The notes beneath the pieces are model-generated. The model saw only the letters and a list, made by a program, of their open reading frames with translations. It did not search any database and had not been told where the DNA came from. This document shows positions 35,731 through 46,000 of a DNA stretch of 50,256 nt, piece after piece. Position numbers and translations under genes: made by a program. The DNA comes from a virus (lineage: Duplodnaviria > Caudoviricetes), in IMG/VR virus record IMGVR_UViG_3300005286_000035, positions 1-50,256 of that record. One strand, given 5' to 3'. Position 1 is the stretch's first letter. Each line of letters opens with the position of its first letter.

Positions 35731-36693
35731 CTATCGTCCGAAAATCCGCTGAGCTGTGTTCACAGACGGCGCCGCTCCGCCTTGACCACTGCGCCCTCCC
35801 ATTGACATGGGGGTCATTGCTCGTGAACCCGCTGGCTGACTTCCTGGAGCGGGATTCTGGGTTGACACTGCTGGCCCACCTGCCAACTGCGGCAGTAACT
35901 TGTAGGCCGTGTTTGCGACGTACTCCATCGCCGCTTCCGGCGAGGGAAAGGTTTGACCGCGGGCGCGAGCTGCGTCCACGATTTCACGCAGCATGGGCTC
36001 GTATTCTCTGAGCCGCGGATGCTGGGTGTAGAAGGTCGTCTTGATCGCTTCCTCACGGGTGGTTTGGAAGTGCTGCTGGATCGGTTTGATTTGGGTCTCG
36101 AACTGGCCGAGACGCTCTTGGATCATCTGGTTCGCCAGGTGCCGGGCGATGGTCACAGCTTGACGGGCGACGCCTTGCAGGGCGGTGTTCAGCGCTTGGA
36201 CCTGCGCCGGGCTGGTGGGTGCCACGCCGAACATGGCTTCGTAGGTGCTGGCGTCAGCTTCGTAGACGTTGAAGGTCTTTCGGAAGGTAGCGTCATCCAT
36301 CGGCGCCTGCTGCTGACCCTGCTGAGGTTGCAGCGCCTGACGCATGGCCTGCGCGAGCTGCTCCGGTGACATTTGAATCGTCGGAGCGACGGGCGGCTGG
36401 GTCTGGGCCTGCTGTTGTGCCGGTTCCTGAGGAGTCTGCGTCTGGGTCGGCTGGACCTGACCGCCGGGCTGGACTGGAGCGGCTGGTGCCGGCTCGGTCG
36501 TCGGCTGCGAGTCAGGTGTCGACGACGAACGGCCCGCGAAGCTGGGCGCGAACGGATTCGTTGACGGCGTCGAAGGTGTCGACGTAGGCGTGGAGGACGG
36601 AGCGGAGGACGGAGCTGACGTGCTCGGGCCACCTGCGCCTGTACCTTCAGAGGCTCCGGTCAACGGGGTCCTCAGGATAGTCTGGACTTTCAT
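35731..36693 (-). CDS. Capsid scaffolding protein
   Basis: P/S/Q-rich disordered N-terminus and helical C-terminus; between portal and major capsid genes. Confidence 0.75.
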   Translation of the reverse strand: MKVQTILRTPLTGASEGTGAGGPSTSAPSSAPSSTPTSTPSTPSTNPFAPSFAGRSSSTPDSQPTTEPAPAAPVQPGGQVQPTQTQTPQEPAQQQAQTQPPVAPTIQMSPEQLAQAMRQALQPQQGQQQAPMDDATFRKTFNVYEADASTYEAMFGVAPTSPAQVQALNTALQGVARQAVTIARHLANQMIQERLGQFETQIKPIQQHFQTTREEAIKTTFYTQHPRLREYEPMLREIVDAARARGQTFPSPEAAMEYVANTAYKLLPQLAGGPAVSTQNPAPGSQPAGSRAMTPMSMGGRSGQGGAAPSVNTAQRIFGR

Positions 36694-36967
36694 CGGTTGT
36701 ATTGCTTTCGGTTAATCTAATCTGATGTTCTAGGTCTTCTATCCGGCTGTTTAGGAGTTTCTCTAAAAAGCCATAAGCTCGTGCTTCGCCAATCGCTTGC
36801 TCGCGGTTACGTACCTGCCCCTCGTTCTCTGGGACAAGATTAAGAATCCCCGCCTCCGTTGTCGCCTTGATCTGGCGGAGTTCCCTGAGCATTTCCTGGG
36901 TTACCTCCAAGTCCCGCCATGAGCATAAGGTCCTGAGCGCGCTGCGGGGAGAGATTGTACTGTTCAT
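36647..36967 (-). CDS. Small helical protein between portal and scaffold
   Basis: WRDLEVTQEML...QAIGEARAY pattern; overlaps both neighbours; start uncertain (36967 or 36892). Confidence 0.6.
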   Translation of the reverse strand: MNSTISPRSALRTLCSWRDLEVTQEMLRELRQIKATTEAGILNLVPENEGQVRNREQAIGEARAYGFLEKLLNSRIEDLEHQIRLTESNTTDESPDYPEDPVDRSL

Positions 36968-38753
36968 GATTGTCGATGTCGGAGAGTTCGAGGAGTTTTT
37001 CGAAGATAAGTTTGGGATCCTTGCCGAGAACGAAGACAGCCTGCGGGGCTTTCATCAGGGTCATCAGGATCTCCTTGAGAACCATCGCGGTCGCTCCACG
37101 CTGGGACGGGAGGGTGCCATCGAAGACCTTGAAGTCAACCGAGCCGGTGAGGTCAGCCTTGGTGACCTGCTTGAACTGCTGGATGCCCATCGGGTTGGTC
37201 ATGACGATGGACTGGCCCAAGACCTTGACCATGGTCGGGACGTCAAGTCCCTGACGGTGGTTCGACAGCATCCGGCGACCCAGCGGGGCTAGACATGACT
37301 CCCAAATCCCGTGGGCAGTGAGCAACAGGCGCGATGCAGCGTTCGCTGACACTTGTCGTGCCTCTTGTGCGCTGCGTCGGCCTGTTGCAAACTGACCCAA
37401 AATGTTCTCGGTGATGCCGGTGGACTCCCGGGCGTACTGCGTCAGGAAGTTGACGTCCGCTAGATGCCCAGCTGTGACGTCTTGGATATCGAGCTGCTTG
37501 ACAAACCGCTCAACACCGGTACCCTGGTACTCCTTCCGTAGTCGTATAACCGGGCTGCGATTCTTAAGGTCCTCCATCTCGATTGCCGCGGGGTCGACCA
37601 GAAGGGTGTTGGAAATAACTTTGCGGACAGAAGACACGCGCGCGTTAATGAACCAGGAGACGTGATCCTGCAAAGGTCCGAGAAGCTCGGCGAGTCCGAA
37701 GTTGAGGAAACGGTGTTGGTCGGGCAAGAAGACACCGACGGCGTAGGAAAACTCTTCATGGGCGTAACCACAAGGTTCGATACGAACAATTCGGTTGTCG
37801 TTAGCGATCCAGATGACGTACTTCATCTCGCGGGTCACGTCAGGGTCCAGCGCGACGCCGGGGGCGATCATGACCTTCGAGGGGTTCAGGCGGCACTGAA
37901 TCTCGGAAATGAGGAAGTAACGGGGGTTGGAATCGGAGATGCTGGTGGGATCGTTCGGCTTGATCCAGACGAGGCGCCGGGCTGCACCATCGGCGTCCTG
38001 GTGGAATTGCCGGACGTGCTCGAGACCGGCAAGCATACCCTCCTCTTGCATGACCTCCAGCTCGCCGCGGGAGTACTCATCTTCGGAGGCACAGAACTCA
38101 CCTTCCTGGAAACGGGTCAGCGGGATACGTGGGTCCGGGAAGAAGCGGTACGGTGACACGACGTTGACCTTATTCCCGACGTACTTGTCCGTCAGCGTCA
38201 CCTGCTTCACCATCGGCGGAGCCATCTGCGGCTGGGTTGGATCGGGCTGGTATGCCGGATCAGGCACATCCTCGATGACGGGGACCTGCTCACGGACCCA
38301 AGATTCCTTGGTGACACCAAGCCCGAAGCGCCCGATGTCTGTCAAAAGCTGTACCACCTTCTCCGACCGGAAGCGGTTGTAGTCCAGGTCCCGCTGTAGG
38401 AGGGCCTGACCAATCTTGGCCGTAGGGACATCTTCCAATCCCATTGGCTCAAGTTCGAAGAAGTAGCGGCGCTGGTTGTAAACCGAGTAGCAAAAACTCA
38501 CAAACGTCTGCACCTGCTGATACGTCAGCGGCACCACCATCTTCACCGGCTCTTTACGCTTCGCAGCCTTACGGTCCGCTTCGTCCGGTGTAATCTCCCC
38601 GCGGTAGACCTGATCCGCTCGATCCCACTGGTCATAATACTTCGACATCTCCCCACGGGAAATCTTGAGCCAGTCCTTGCACTGATTCAGGAGGTCGGAC
38701 AGCTCCTGGTTATGCTCAGGCTCCGAGAGTAACTTGATAAGTTCTGGCGTCAT
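36840..38753 (-). CDS. Portal protein (637 aa)
   Basis: Size and position upstream of scaffold and capsid; VSPYRFFPDP, FGLAELL and TGITENILG...RSAQEA motifs typical of podophage portals. Confidence 0.85.
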   Translation of the reverse strand: MTPELIKLLSEPEHNQELSDLLNQCKDWLKISRGEMSKYYDQWDRADQVYRGEITPDEADRKAAKRKEPVKMVVPLTYQQVQTFVSFCYSVYNQRRYFFELEPMGLEDVPTAKIGQALLQRDLDYNRFRSEKVVQLLTDIGRFGLGVTKESWVREQVPVIEDVPDPAYQPDPTQPQMAPPMVKQVTLTDKYVGNKVNVVSPYRFFPDPRIPLTRFQEGEFCASEDEYSRGELEVMQEEGMLAGLEHVRQFHQDADGAARRLVWIKPNDPTSISDSNPRYFLISEIQCRLNPSKVMIAPGVALDPDVTREMKYVIWIANDNRIVRIEPCGYAHEEFSYAVGVFLPDQHRFLNFGLAELLGPLQDHVSWFINARVSSVRKVISNTLLVDPAAIEMEDLKNRSPVIRLRKEYQGTGVERFVKQLDIQDVTAGHLADVNFLTQYARESTGITENILGQFATGRRSAQEARQVSANAASRLLLTAHGIWESCLAPLGRRMLSNHRQGLDVPTMVKVLGQSIVMTNPMGIQQFKQVTKADLTGSVDFKVFDGTLPSQRGATAMVLKEILMTLMKAPQAVFVLGKDPKLIFEKLLELSDIDNHEQYNLSPQRAQDLMLMAGLGGNPGNAQGTPPDQGDNGGGDS

Positions 38754-38778
38754 GATGGTGTGTATCGCCGGCCGATGC

Positions 38779-39075
38779 TTACTCCCCGCGCTGGCGCTTG
38801 ATGGCGGCGTAAGTTTGGATGATGTCGGCGGTCTTGGGGACTTTGATGGATGGGTTCTCGTATTGCATGGCTTCGGAGAAGAGGTGGTGTTCTTCGGTGG
38901 TCCAGGCGTTACGTACGGTGGTTTTTAGGGCGGCGACCTCGTAGGTGAGTCTGTCGATGCGTTGGTTGACGCTGGTGAGGGTGGAGTTGGTCCAGACCGC
39001 TGCGGAGACGAACATCCCGACGATGCCGATGACTCGGAAAAGCGGGATGTTGATCTTGTCGAGGGTAATGGCCAT
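38779..39075 (-). CDS. Single-TM coiled-coil protein (possible holin/spanin component)
   Basis: IPLFRVIGIVGMFVSAAVW TM segment followed by a coiled coil; ATG at 39075. Confidence 0.5.
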   Translation of the reverse strand: MAITLDKINIPLFRVIGIVGMFVSAAVWTNSTLTSVNQRIDRLTYEVAALKTTVRNAWTTEEHHLFSEAMQYENPSIKVPKTADIIQTYAAIKRQRGE

Positions 39076-39076
39076 G

Positions 39077-39307
39077 TTAGGGGACGGACTCGCGCTGGAC
39101 ACGTGTGTCGATTAGGTCAGCTTCGAAGGTTTGCGGTCCCCACGGAGTGTTGGATTCGATACGGACGTTTTCGAGACGGACGTCTTTGTTTGGGATGAGT
39201 CCTTTGTAGGAGGTGCAGCCGGTAGTGGAGAGGAAGATGAGGAACAGTGCACCGAGGAAGGCGCACGGGATTAAGTAACGACGGATGATGATGGATTGGA
39301 TTGACAT
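39077..39307 (-). CDS. Putative lipoprotein (possible spanin)
   Basis: Basic N-terminus, hydrophobic stretch and a lipobox-like STTG-C. Confidence 0.55.
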   Translation of the reverse strand: MSIQSIIIRRYLIPCAFLGALFLIFLSTTGCTSYKGLIPNKDVRLENVRIESNTPWGPQTFEADLIDTRVQRESVP

Positions 39308-39308
39308 G

Positions 39309-39599
39309 TCATGTCAACTTCAGGGCCTCGACCAGCTCGGCGGCTGGTGGAGTACCTGGGAAGTTGCCTTCTTGGAGGTGATGTCGGACAGCGGTTTGGC
39401 AGGTTTCAAATTCGAAGTCGCCCATGATGGTGGCGATGTCAGCGTCGGATTTAAAGACTTCCGAAATCAGCTTGCCCGCGGTGAGGATATAGCGGGCAGA
39501 CTTGATGTAGTTGTCAGTCTTGGACCAGCCGGTGGAGGCCAGGCATTGCTGTAGGAGGATGGATGCCTTGCCGGAGATGTTGAGTTGTACTTCTTTCAT
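39309..39599 (-). CDS. Hypothetical protein (96 aa; possible tail chaperone)
   Basis: ATGA-coupled to the upstream large gene. Confidence 0.65.
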   Translation of the reverse strand: MKEVQLNISGKASILLQQCLASTGWSKTDNYIKSARYILTAGKLISEVFKSDADIATIMGDFEFETCQTAVRHHLQEGNFPGTPPAAELVEALKLT

Positions 39600-42500
39600 G
39601 TGATGTGAGCCAGGCGCCAGTCACGAGCCCAGGGACGCATGGTGTTGGGAGAAGTGCCGAACCCGGAGGTGCCGCCAGAGACTGCCCAGACACGGTTCAG
39701 CAGGTAGTCGAAGTAGGCGGGATTGTTCCAGGCGGTGTTGAGGCCCATCATTTGCATGACGACCGCGATGCCGAAATTGGGGGCGTAGTTCTCGTTGCGG
39801 TAGGTGGCTGACCAAGCCGAGTCGTCCATGGACGGGGTGTTGTAGTGGCGGATACCCCATTCAGGTGTGCCGATCATGGCGGAGGTGTAGGTCTGGTTGC
39901 CGGCCTCGACCACCCGGCCAACGTCGGCGGCGGAGACGTACCAGTGCTGCTGGTCGTCCTGGAAGAGTTTGAACTGGTCCCAGTCAGCGCGGGCGAGCAT
40001 ACCGGCGTGGTTCAGGGCCACCGCGGCGAAGACGAGGTAGGGCTTCCAGCCGAGGTTGTGACCGCCGTCAGCGTGCCAGGACATGCCGTGTTGGATGCCG
40101 CCGTAGATGTCGATACCGTGCTGGATGACGTTGTGAAGGAGGGTCTGCTTTTCGCCGGAGGTGTAGTTGCAGTTCAGAGCCGCGAGGTACGCGCCGGTAT
40201 TGTGTGCCGCTTGGCGACCGTAGCCGTATTCGCCGTCCAGTGGGCTGAGGTAGTGGGACTGCCAGTTGGACTGGATGCGCCGGGGCATCTGGTGGGACCG
40301 AGCTTCGAGGGTGGCTAGGTCGGGCAGGCTGGTCGGATGCGGGAGGTTTAGGAGGAAAGAGACGTCGATGTCGGAGACATTGGCGATGATGGTCTTGGAC
40401 CCAGCGGGCTCGTGGACGGACGGCCGGAAGGAGCCCGCGGGTGGGGTGGAAGCGAGAACCGTCAGGAAACCCAGGCGCTTGATTTGGTACCAGTTGTCGT
40501 TGTTGCCGCCTTGGTAGGCGACCCATTCAGCCTTGGTCCACTTGGTCGGCCAGGATTGGGAGGAGACGACCGTGTTGCCGGGGGCGACTGCGTACGGCAG
40601 CTGGGCGGCGATGTTCTTCGTGTGGTCGTAGTTGTTGCCGCGGTTGACGTTGGAGTCGAGACCCTGGTAGCCAATGCGCGCCGGGACCATGTTGAGCATG
40701 GAGCCGTTGGTGTGCCAGTAGGCTGGGTCAGAGTAGGAGGCACCGGCGACGGCTTCGTAGGAAGGCGTGATGCTGACGATGTTGACCGGGAGGCCGTTGC
40801 GGTGGACCCACGGCTTGCCGTCGGCGAAGGTGCCAGCGACGACGGGCTCGGCGAAGGACCAGGTGAATACGTCCCAGGTGACCGAAGAGACGAGGCCCGG
40901 ACCTGGGTCCGGATCGGGGTCGGGGATTACGATGACGGGCTGGTACAGACCAAGGCGCATCCGACGGGCTGTGTGCCGCGGACGGAGGTAGTTGTTGGAT
41001 ACGGCGGGAAGGATGACCGTCAGCGTGGCGCTGTTGGAGATGACGAAGCCTTCGGAATTGGAGACGCGGACGGAGTAGGAGCCAGCGTCACCGAGCTGTG
41101 GCGCGGTGATGGTGTAGGAGGAGCTGGTGGCTCCGGGGATGTCTACACCGTCCTTGCGCCATTGGTAACTCGGAGTCGGGTTGCCGGCTGCGACCACGCT
41201 GAAGGTGACGGTGCCGATACCGACGTTGACAGCTTGTGAGGCCGGGTGTGTGGAGATCGTCGGGGCGGTCAGGACTGGGTCGACGACCGTGCCGTATTGT
41301 AAGGCACCCAGGTCCCACGGAGTGCTACGGGCCGAGCCGGCGTAGTCGTGGGTGTATCCGTAGTCGGCGCCGATGTTCAGACCGGTGTCGATGGCGAGAG
41401 ATGTGGGCTGGAGGGTGAGGTCCCAGGTGCCAGCATCGCCGGTGCGTGACGTGAACGACGGATTCGCGACGTAGCTGTGGGTGTCGTGACCGAGTGCCTG
41501 CCACTGAGCGAAGGTGCGGTATGAGCCATCGTGGGCCATACGCCATGTGGTCAGGTTGCTGTTGGTGTAATACAGGTTGTAGTCACACTCGAACGAAAGC
41601 GGGTAGGCGGCTGGTTTCTGGACCGCCGGAAGGTTGTTGATCGTGACGTCGCGGTAGATGACGTTGTTGAGAACCTTGACGACGTTGGCCTGACACGAGC
41701 CGCTGCAGTACACCGGGCGCGCACCGCACACGAACGTGTTATTGAGAATGTAAACGAACTGATCCTGGCCGGACTTGTTGGAACCTCCGATCGTGATGAT
41801 GCCGTTGCCGTGTGGATCGTTCAGGAAGATGCAGTTGTCGATCTGCAGACTGGGCCCCTGCGAGATATAGATCGACGCCGTGCCGCCGCGGGAGTTGATC
41901 CATTCGGGGAAGTCGTTCCAGACCTTGGCTCGTGTGATACGAACGCGCGTCCACAAGGTGCCAACGTAGTCGTGTCGGAAGAACCAGCCGTCGCGATGAG
42001 GTTTGTCACCGGAGCCCTGCCAGAGGTCGGTTTGGATCCAGTCGTAGAGACGGCAGTTGGAGAACAAGACATCCCGGAACTCGCCGTTGGCGGACCGAGG
42101 AGCCACGTCGAAACCCCAGACAACGTGGTCGTGAATCGAGAGGTCCTCACAGAGGATGTTGGACACCAGCCCGCCGGTTGCAACCTTGAGCGAGACCGGA
42201 TTGCGCATACGCGCGAAGTCACACCCGCGGATGGTGACGTTCGAGGAGTTCTGAAGGGAGATACCGACGCCGGTGATGGCGTTGGTCCCGTTCATCGGCA
42301 TGAGCGCACGCCAGGAACCGATTTCATGGAGCTGGCAGTCTTCGATATTGATGTGGGACGCGTCAGCGACGCGGATGCCAGTGCCGCCCTTTGGATTGGT
42401 GACGGATTTCCACATGTACAGACCGCCGGTGCCGGGGGTGGTGTATGTGACCAGCACAGCGTCTGAGAACTTGTCACCACGCCGGACGCGGAAGTGTGTC

Positions 42501-43051
42501 GGCGAAACGACGGAGTCAACCCAGTTGTTGGTGCCGTCTTTGGGGGTCATACCCCCGGGAGCGGTATTGCCCGGGTCCATCGTGAAGGCTACGACCTGGC
42601 CAGCAGTGAGCCCGTGAGGTTCTGCCGTGACGATCGTATTCGCCCCGACATCGACGGTGACGGGGTATTTGGTGGTCCAGATCGGATCGTCCTCGGTGTA
42701 ACCGCCGATTTGGTACAGCTTGATGCCGTAGATGTCAACATAGCTCCGGCCGGTAAGGTTGATACCGGTGCCTTCGACGTAGTCGGTGGAGATGATCGCT
42801 AGACCAGAGCCCCAACCTTCGGCGGTGCGGTACAAGATCGGGTTGCCAGCTGTGCCGGACCAGTTGGCAATGATGTTGCCGACGTAGCGTACACCACCTT
42901 TGAACTCGACGATATCACCCGGTGATAGGGACGTCGCGGCGGCGTTGCCGGTGGCGTTGGTATCGCCGGGGCAATGCTTCCACGGGGTCGAGATGGTCAG
43001 ACCTGTGTTGGTGTCTGACCCCAGCTCAAAGTCGATGTAGTACTGGGCCAT
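39596..43051 (-). CDS. Multidomain putative polysaccharide depolymerase: right-handed beta-helix, I-set Ig domain and uncharacterised C-terminal domain (1151 aa)
   Basis: Start MAQYYIDF coupled to the upstream stop. GSDTNTG...PWKH...LSPGDIV beta-helix cap, ILNNTFV / VLNNVIY / DYNLYY coils, DLGALQY, and an Ig domain APTISTHP...YQWRKDG...DAGSYSV. Confidence 0.8.
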   Translation of the reverse strand: MAQYYIDFELGSDTNTGLTISTPWKHCPGDTNATGNAAATSLSPGDIVEFKGGVRYVGNIIANWSGTAGNPILYRTAEGWGSGLAIISTDYVEGTGINLTGRSYVDIYGIKLYQIGGYTEDDPIWTTKYPVTVDVGANTIVTAEPHGLTAGQVVAFTMDPGNTAPGGMTPKDGTNNWVDSVVSPTHFRVRRGDKFSDAVLVTYTTPGTGGLYMWKSVTNPKGGTGIRVADASHINIEDCQLHEIGSWRALMPMNGTNAITGVGISLQNSSNVTIRGCDFARMRNPVSLKVATGGLVSNILCEDLSIHDHVVWGFDVAPRSANGEFRDVLFSNCRLYDWIQTDLWQGSGDKPHRDGWFFRHDYVGTLWTRVRITRAKVWNDFPEWINSRGGTASIYISQGPSLQIDNCIFLNDPHGNGIITIGGSNKSGQDQFVYILNNTFVCGARPVYCSGSCQANVVKVLNNVIYRDVTINNLPAVQKPAAYPLSFECDYNLYYTNSNLTTWRMAHDGSYRTFAQWQALGHDTHSYVANPSFTSRTGDAGTWDLTLQPTSLAIDTGLNIGADYGYTHDYAGSARSTPWDLGALQYGTVVDPVLTAPTISTHPASQAVNVGIGTVTFSVVAAGNPTPSYQWRKDGVDIPGATSSSYTITAPQLGDAGSYSVRVSNSEGFVISNSATLTVILPAVSNNYLRPRHTARRMRLGLYQPVIVIPDPDPDPGPGLVSSVTWDVFTWSFAEPVVAGTFADGKPWVHRNGLPVNIVSITPSYEAVAGASYSDPAYWHTNGSMLNMVPARIGYQGLDSNVNRGNNYDHTKNIAAQLPYAVAPGNTVVSSQSWPTKWTKAEWVAYQGGNNDNWYQIKRLGFLTVLASTPPAGSFRPSVHEPAGSKTIIANVSDIDVSFLLNLPHPTSLPDLATLEARSHQMPRRIQSNWQSHYLSPLDGEYGYGRQAAHNTGAYLAALNCNYTSGEKQTLLHNVIQHGIDIYGGIQHGMSWHADGGHNLGWKPYLVFAAVALNHAGMLARADWDQFKLFQDDQQHWYVSAADVGRVVEAGNQTYTSAMIGTPEWGIRHYNTPSMDDSAWSATYRNENYAPNFGIAVVMQMMGLNTAWNNPAYFDYLLNRVWAVSGGTSGFGTSPNTMRPWARDWRLAHIT

Positions 43052-46000
43052 TAGTAGATGCCGTAGAACGCGTTCATGTTGGCACGAACCGTGTTGGCGT
43101 CGGTGGGGCTCATGTCGGTGAACCAGATGACCCACTCCTGGAAGTCGTAGTCAGCGCAGAGCGAGCCGTCGCCGGTACGGAAGTTGGCGGAGGACGCATC
43201 ACCAGAGCTCATCGTCTGGGTGTTCGAGTTGAGCCACTGGGTGTCGTCGCCGGTGCGAATGGTGGTACCGTGTAGGCACCAACTGCCGGTGGTGTAGTTG
43301 AGTCCAGCTGGCGCCGAGCCGCTGTTGATACGCATCGCCGGACCGGTGGATAGCTGTCGCAGCGCCCCGCGGGTGCCGGTGCCGAGGTTGACGAGCATGT
43401 CGCCGTTGACGTTGGCGTTCGTCTTGGCTACGGCGAAGTAGGTGATGGGCAGGGCCTGACTCGCCGAGACGAATAGGAAGTCATCCACGCCGTCGTGCTT
43501 CATCGCGACCATGCCGGATACGGCGCCGGTACGGGGTGTGCCGGAGAAGACGATTTGCGGCTGTTGGCTGGTGGTCGCTTGGGCGATGTCGCGGAGATTG
43601 CCGGACTGGTCGTAGATCTTCGTGACGTAGCCGTCGGTGCCGGAGCAGAAGGTCGTGATGGCGGCGACATCGACGAGGTTACCATCGAAGCCAATGTCCT
43701 GCTCGGCGTCGTCAGAGGCGCGGCGGACTCGGAAGGCCGAGCCGGAGTAGGACGAGCTGAGCTTGCGACCGAGGGAGTAGGCACCAGCAGCAGAGCCGAC
43801 CTCGTCAAGGAGGAGGGTGCCGGAGGACTGGGTGCTGTTGTTGGTGACAGCGGTGTCGGTGAAGGATGCCAGCGCGTTACCGGCCAGGTCTTCGATGCCG
43901 GACCCTGGTTGTGTGTAGGAGATGGTAACCGTCTCGCCGAGCTGGATGACCCTGGAGAGGGTGAACGTCGCCACGTCGTCGATGAGGCTGGAGAAGGTTG
44001 GGGTGACGGCACCGCCGGAGGCTGTGACGGTGAGGCCGCCCGAGCCGCCCGAGCCGACCTGGCAGTCTTCGTCAAAGGTGATGGTCAGCTCGTCGCCGTC
44101 GGTGTTGATCACGGCCGAGGAGACCGAAGGCGCGGTGGTATCCTCCGAGCCGACTAGGGTCTCGATGAGGACGGCATACCGGCGGTCGGTGTAGACCGTC
44201 GCCGTCGCAGCGTTGGCCAGTGAGGTCCAGTTGAAGTCCGTTGCGTTCCGGACGTTGACCCACTCGGTGGTGGTAGACAGGACCACGATAGAACGGTACC
44301 CGCTCTCGGTGCTGTGGGCGAGACGGCTGTTGCCGTTCTCGAAGCCGATGACGACCCACCAGGTGGACACATTGGTCAGGTCCAGCGAAGCGGAGTGTTC
44401 GTGGTTGGCGTAGACGCCCGAGGACGACGGGTTGTAGGTCCGGGTGATCTTCAGCGCGCGGGTGCCGGGCTGGTCGTTGACGGCATCGTGGGCGAAGATG
44501 TCGAGAGTGTACTCGCGGGTGGAGGTGTCCGTGTTCAGCGCCCGGAAGATGACGGCCTGAAGCTCGTTGGCGTCGACATCGGTGATCTTGACTGCGATGA
44601 ACGCAGCCTGGCCGACAGCACTGCCAGTGTCTGTCCACTCGGAGGCAGGCGTCCAGCCGAACTCTTGGGTGGTGCTGGACGGGATGTACGACGAGTTGTT
44701 GGTGACCTCCTCATCGGAGACCGCAACAAGGTCGTTGCCGGCGAGGTCCTCGATGGCGTTACCGGGCTGGGCGATGTCGATGGTGACCGTCTCCGTAAGC
44801 GCGACCTTGCGGGACAGGGTGTATACCAGCGTCGAGGTGCCCGAGCCGGAGAGGTACGTGGCGGTGACGGCTCCACCGTCCGCGTCGAGGGTGACGACCG
44901 CATTGCCACCCGCACCGAAGACTACCGGCTCGTCGAAGTTCAGGTGCAGAATGTCGCCGATAGCCGGGATCACTGCGGAGACGAGCGACGGCGCTGTCAC
45001 ATCAGCAGCATCATCGCCGGAGAGTAGGACCCACACGGCGTTGGAGGCGGTGGCGTCGACGCAGAACCATACTTCGTTCAGCCCAGCGACACGCCAGAAC
45101 GAGCCCGCGCGGTAGCCCTGGCCGGTGTCATTGCCAGGGCCTGGACGAGTCGTCGCTGCGAAATTGTTTTGAGGCATACTGGCCTCGGGGTAGTGGGTCT
45201 CGACCGCCAGTTTGATCTGGGCTGGTGAGTACGACCGCGGGCTGGTCTCGGACCCAGCGACGACTTCGGCGTCAGAGGCTTGGGTCAGGTTTGTCTCCGG
45301 GAGATGTTCCACCAAGTCATCAAGATCAATCTCCTCCGCCGCGATCTTGGCGGTGATGGGTGCGGTGTCGATGCGCACCTCGCCGATGCCAGTAGCAACG
45401 CCGAACATGACGAACATGACGTACGATGTCGGCTGCGTGGTGACCAGCGCGGACTCGGTGGCGCTGACGAAATAGTTCAACCCAGCCACGATCGAGTCAT
45501 TCTCGAAGCGACCTTGCTTGACAAGGACGAAGGTGTCCACCGTCGGTGCGGACTCGACGATACCCACTGGGCGGGTGGTATCCACCGCGTTGGCTTGTGC
45601 GCCGACCCAGGCGGTACCGTTGTGGTACACCGGCTGCATAGCCACGAAGCCGTGACCGACCTGGGTGATGGTCTCACGGAGTGATTGCCCGTCGGCTGCG
45701 CCGTCAGCGCCGGGAGGTCCTTCTGGACCCTGGGGACCTTCGGGACCCTCGGGACCAATGAGTTCATCCTTCGGGATCAGGTCTACCCAAGTGGATGAAT
45801 CGCTCCGCTTGTATTGGATGTGGGTCGCCGTGACCTGGAACTCAGCGTGGGGACCCGCAGGACCTGGGTCGCCAGGAGCGCCGTCAGCACCGTCAGCACC
45901 AGCAGGGCCTTGTGGACCTTGCGGGCCTTGCAGCGGTCCAGCGTTGGTGAAGGTTGTCCCGTCACTGATCCACAGGTCGCCGTCGATGGAGTACGCATCC

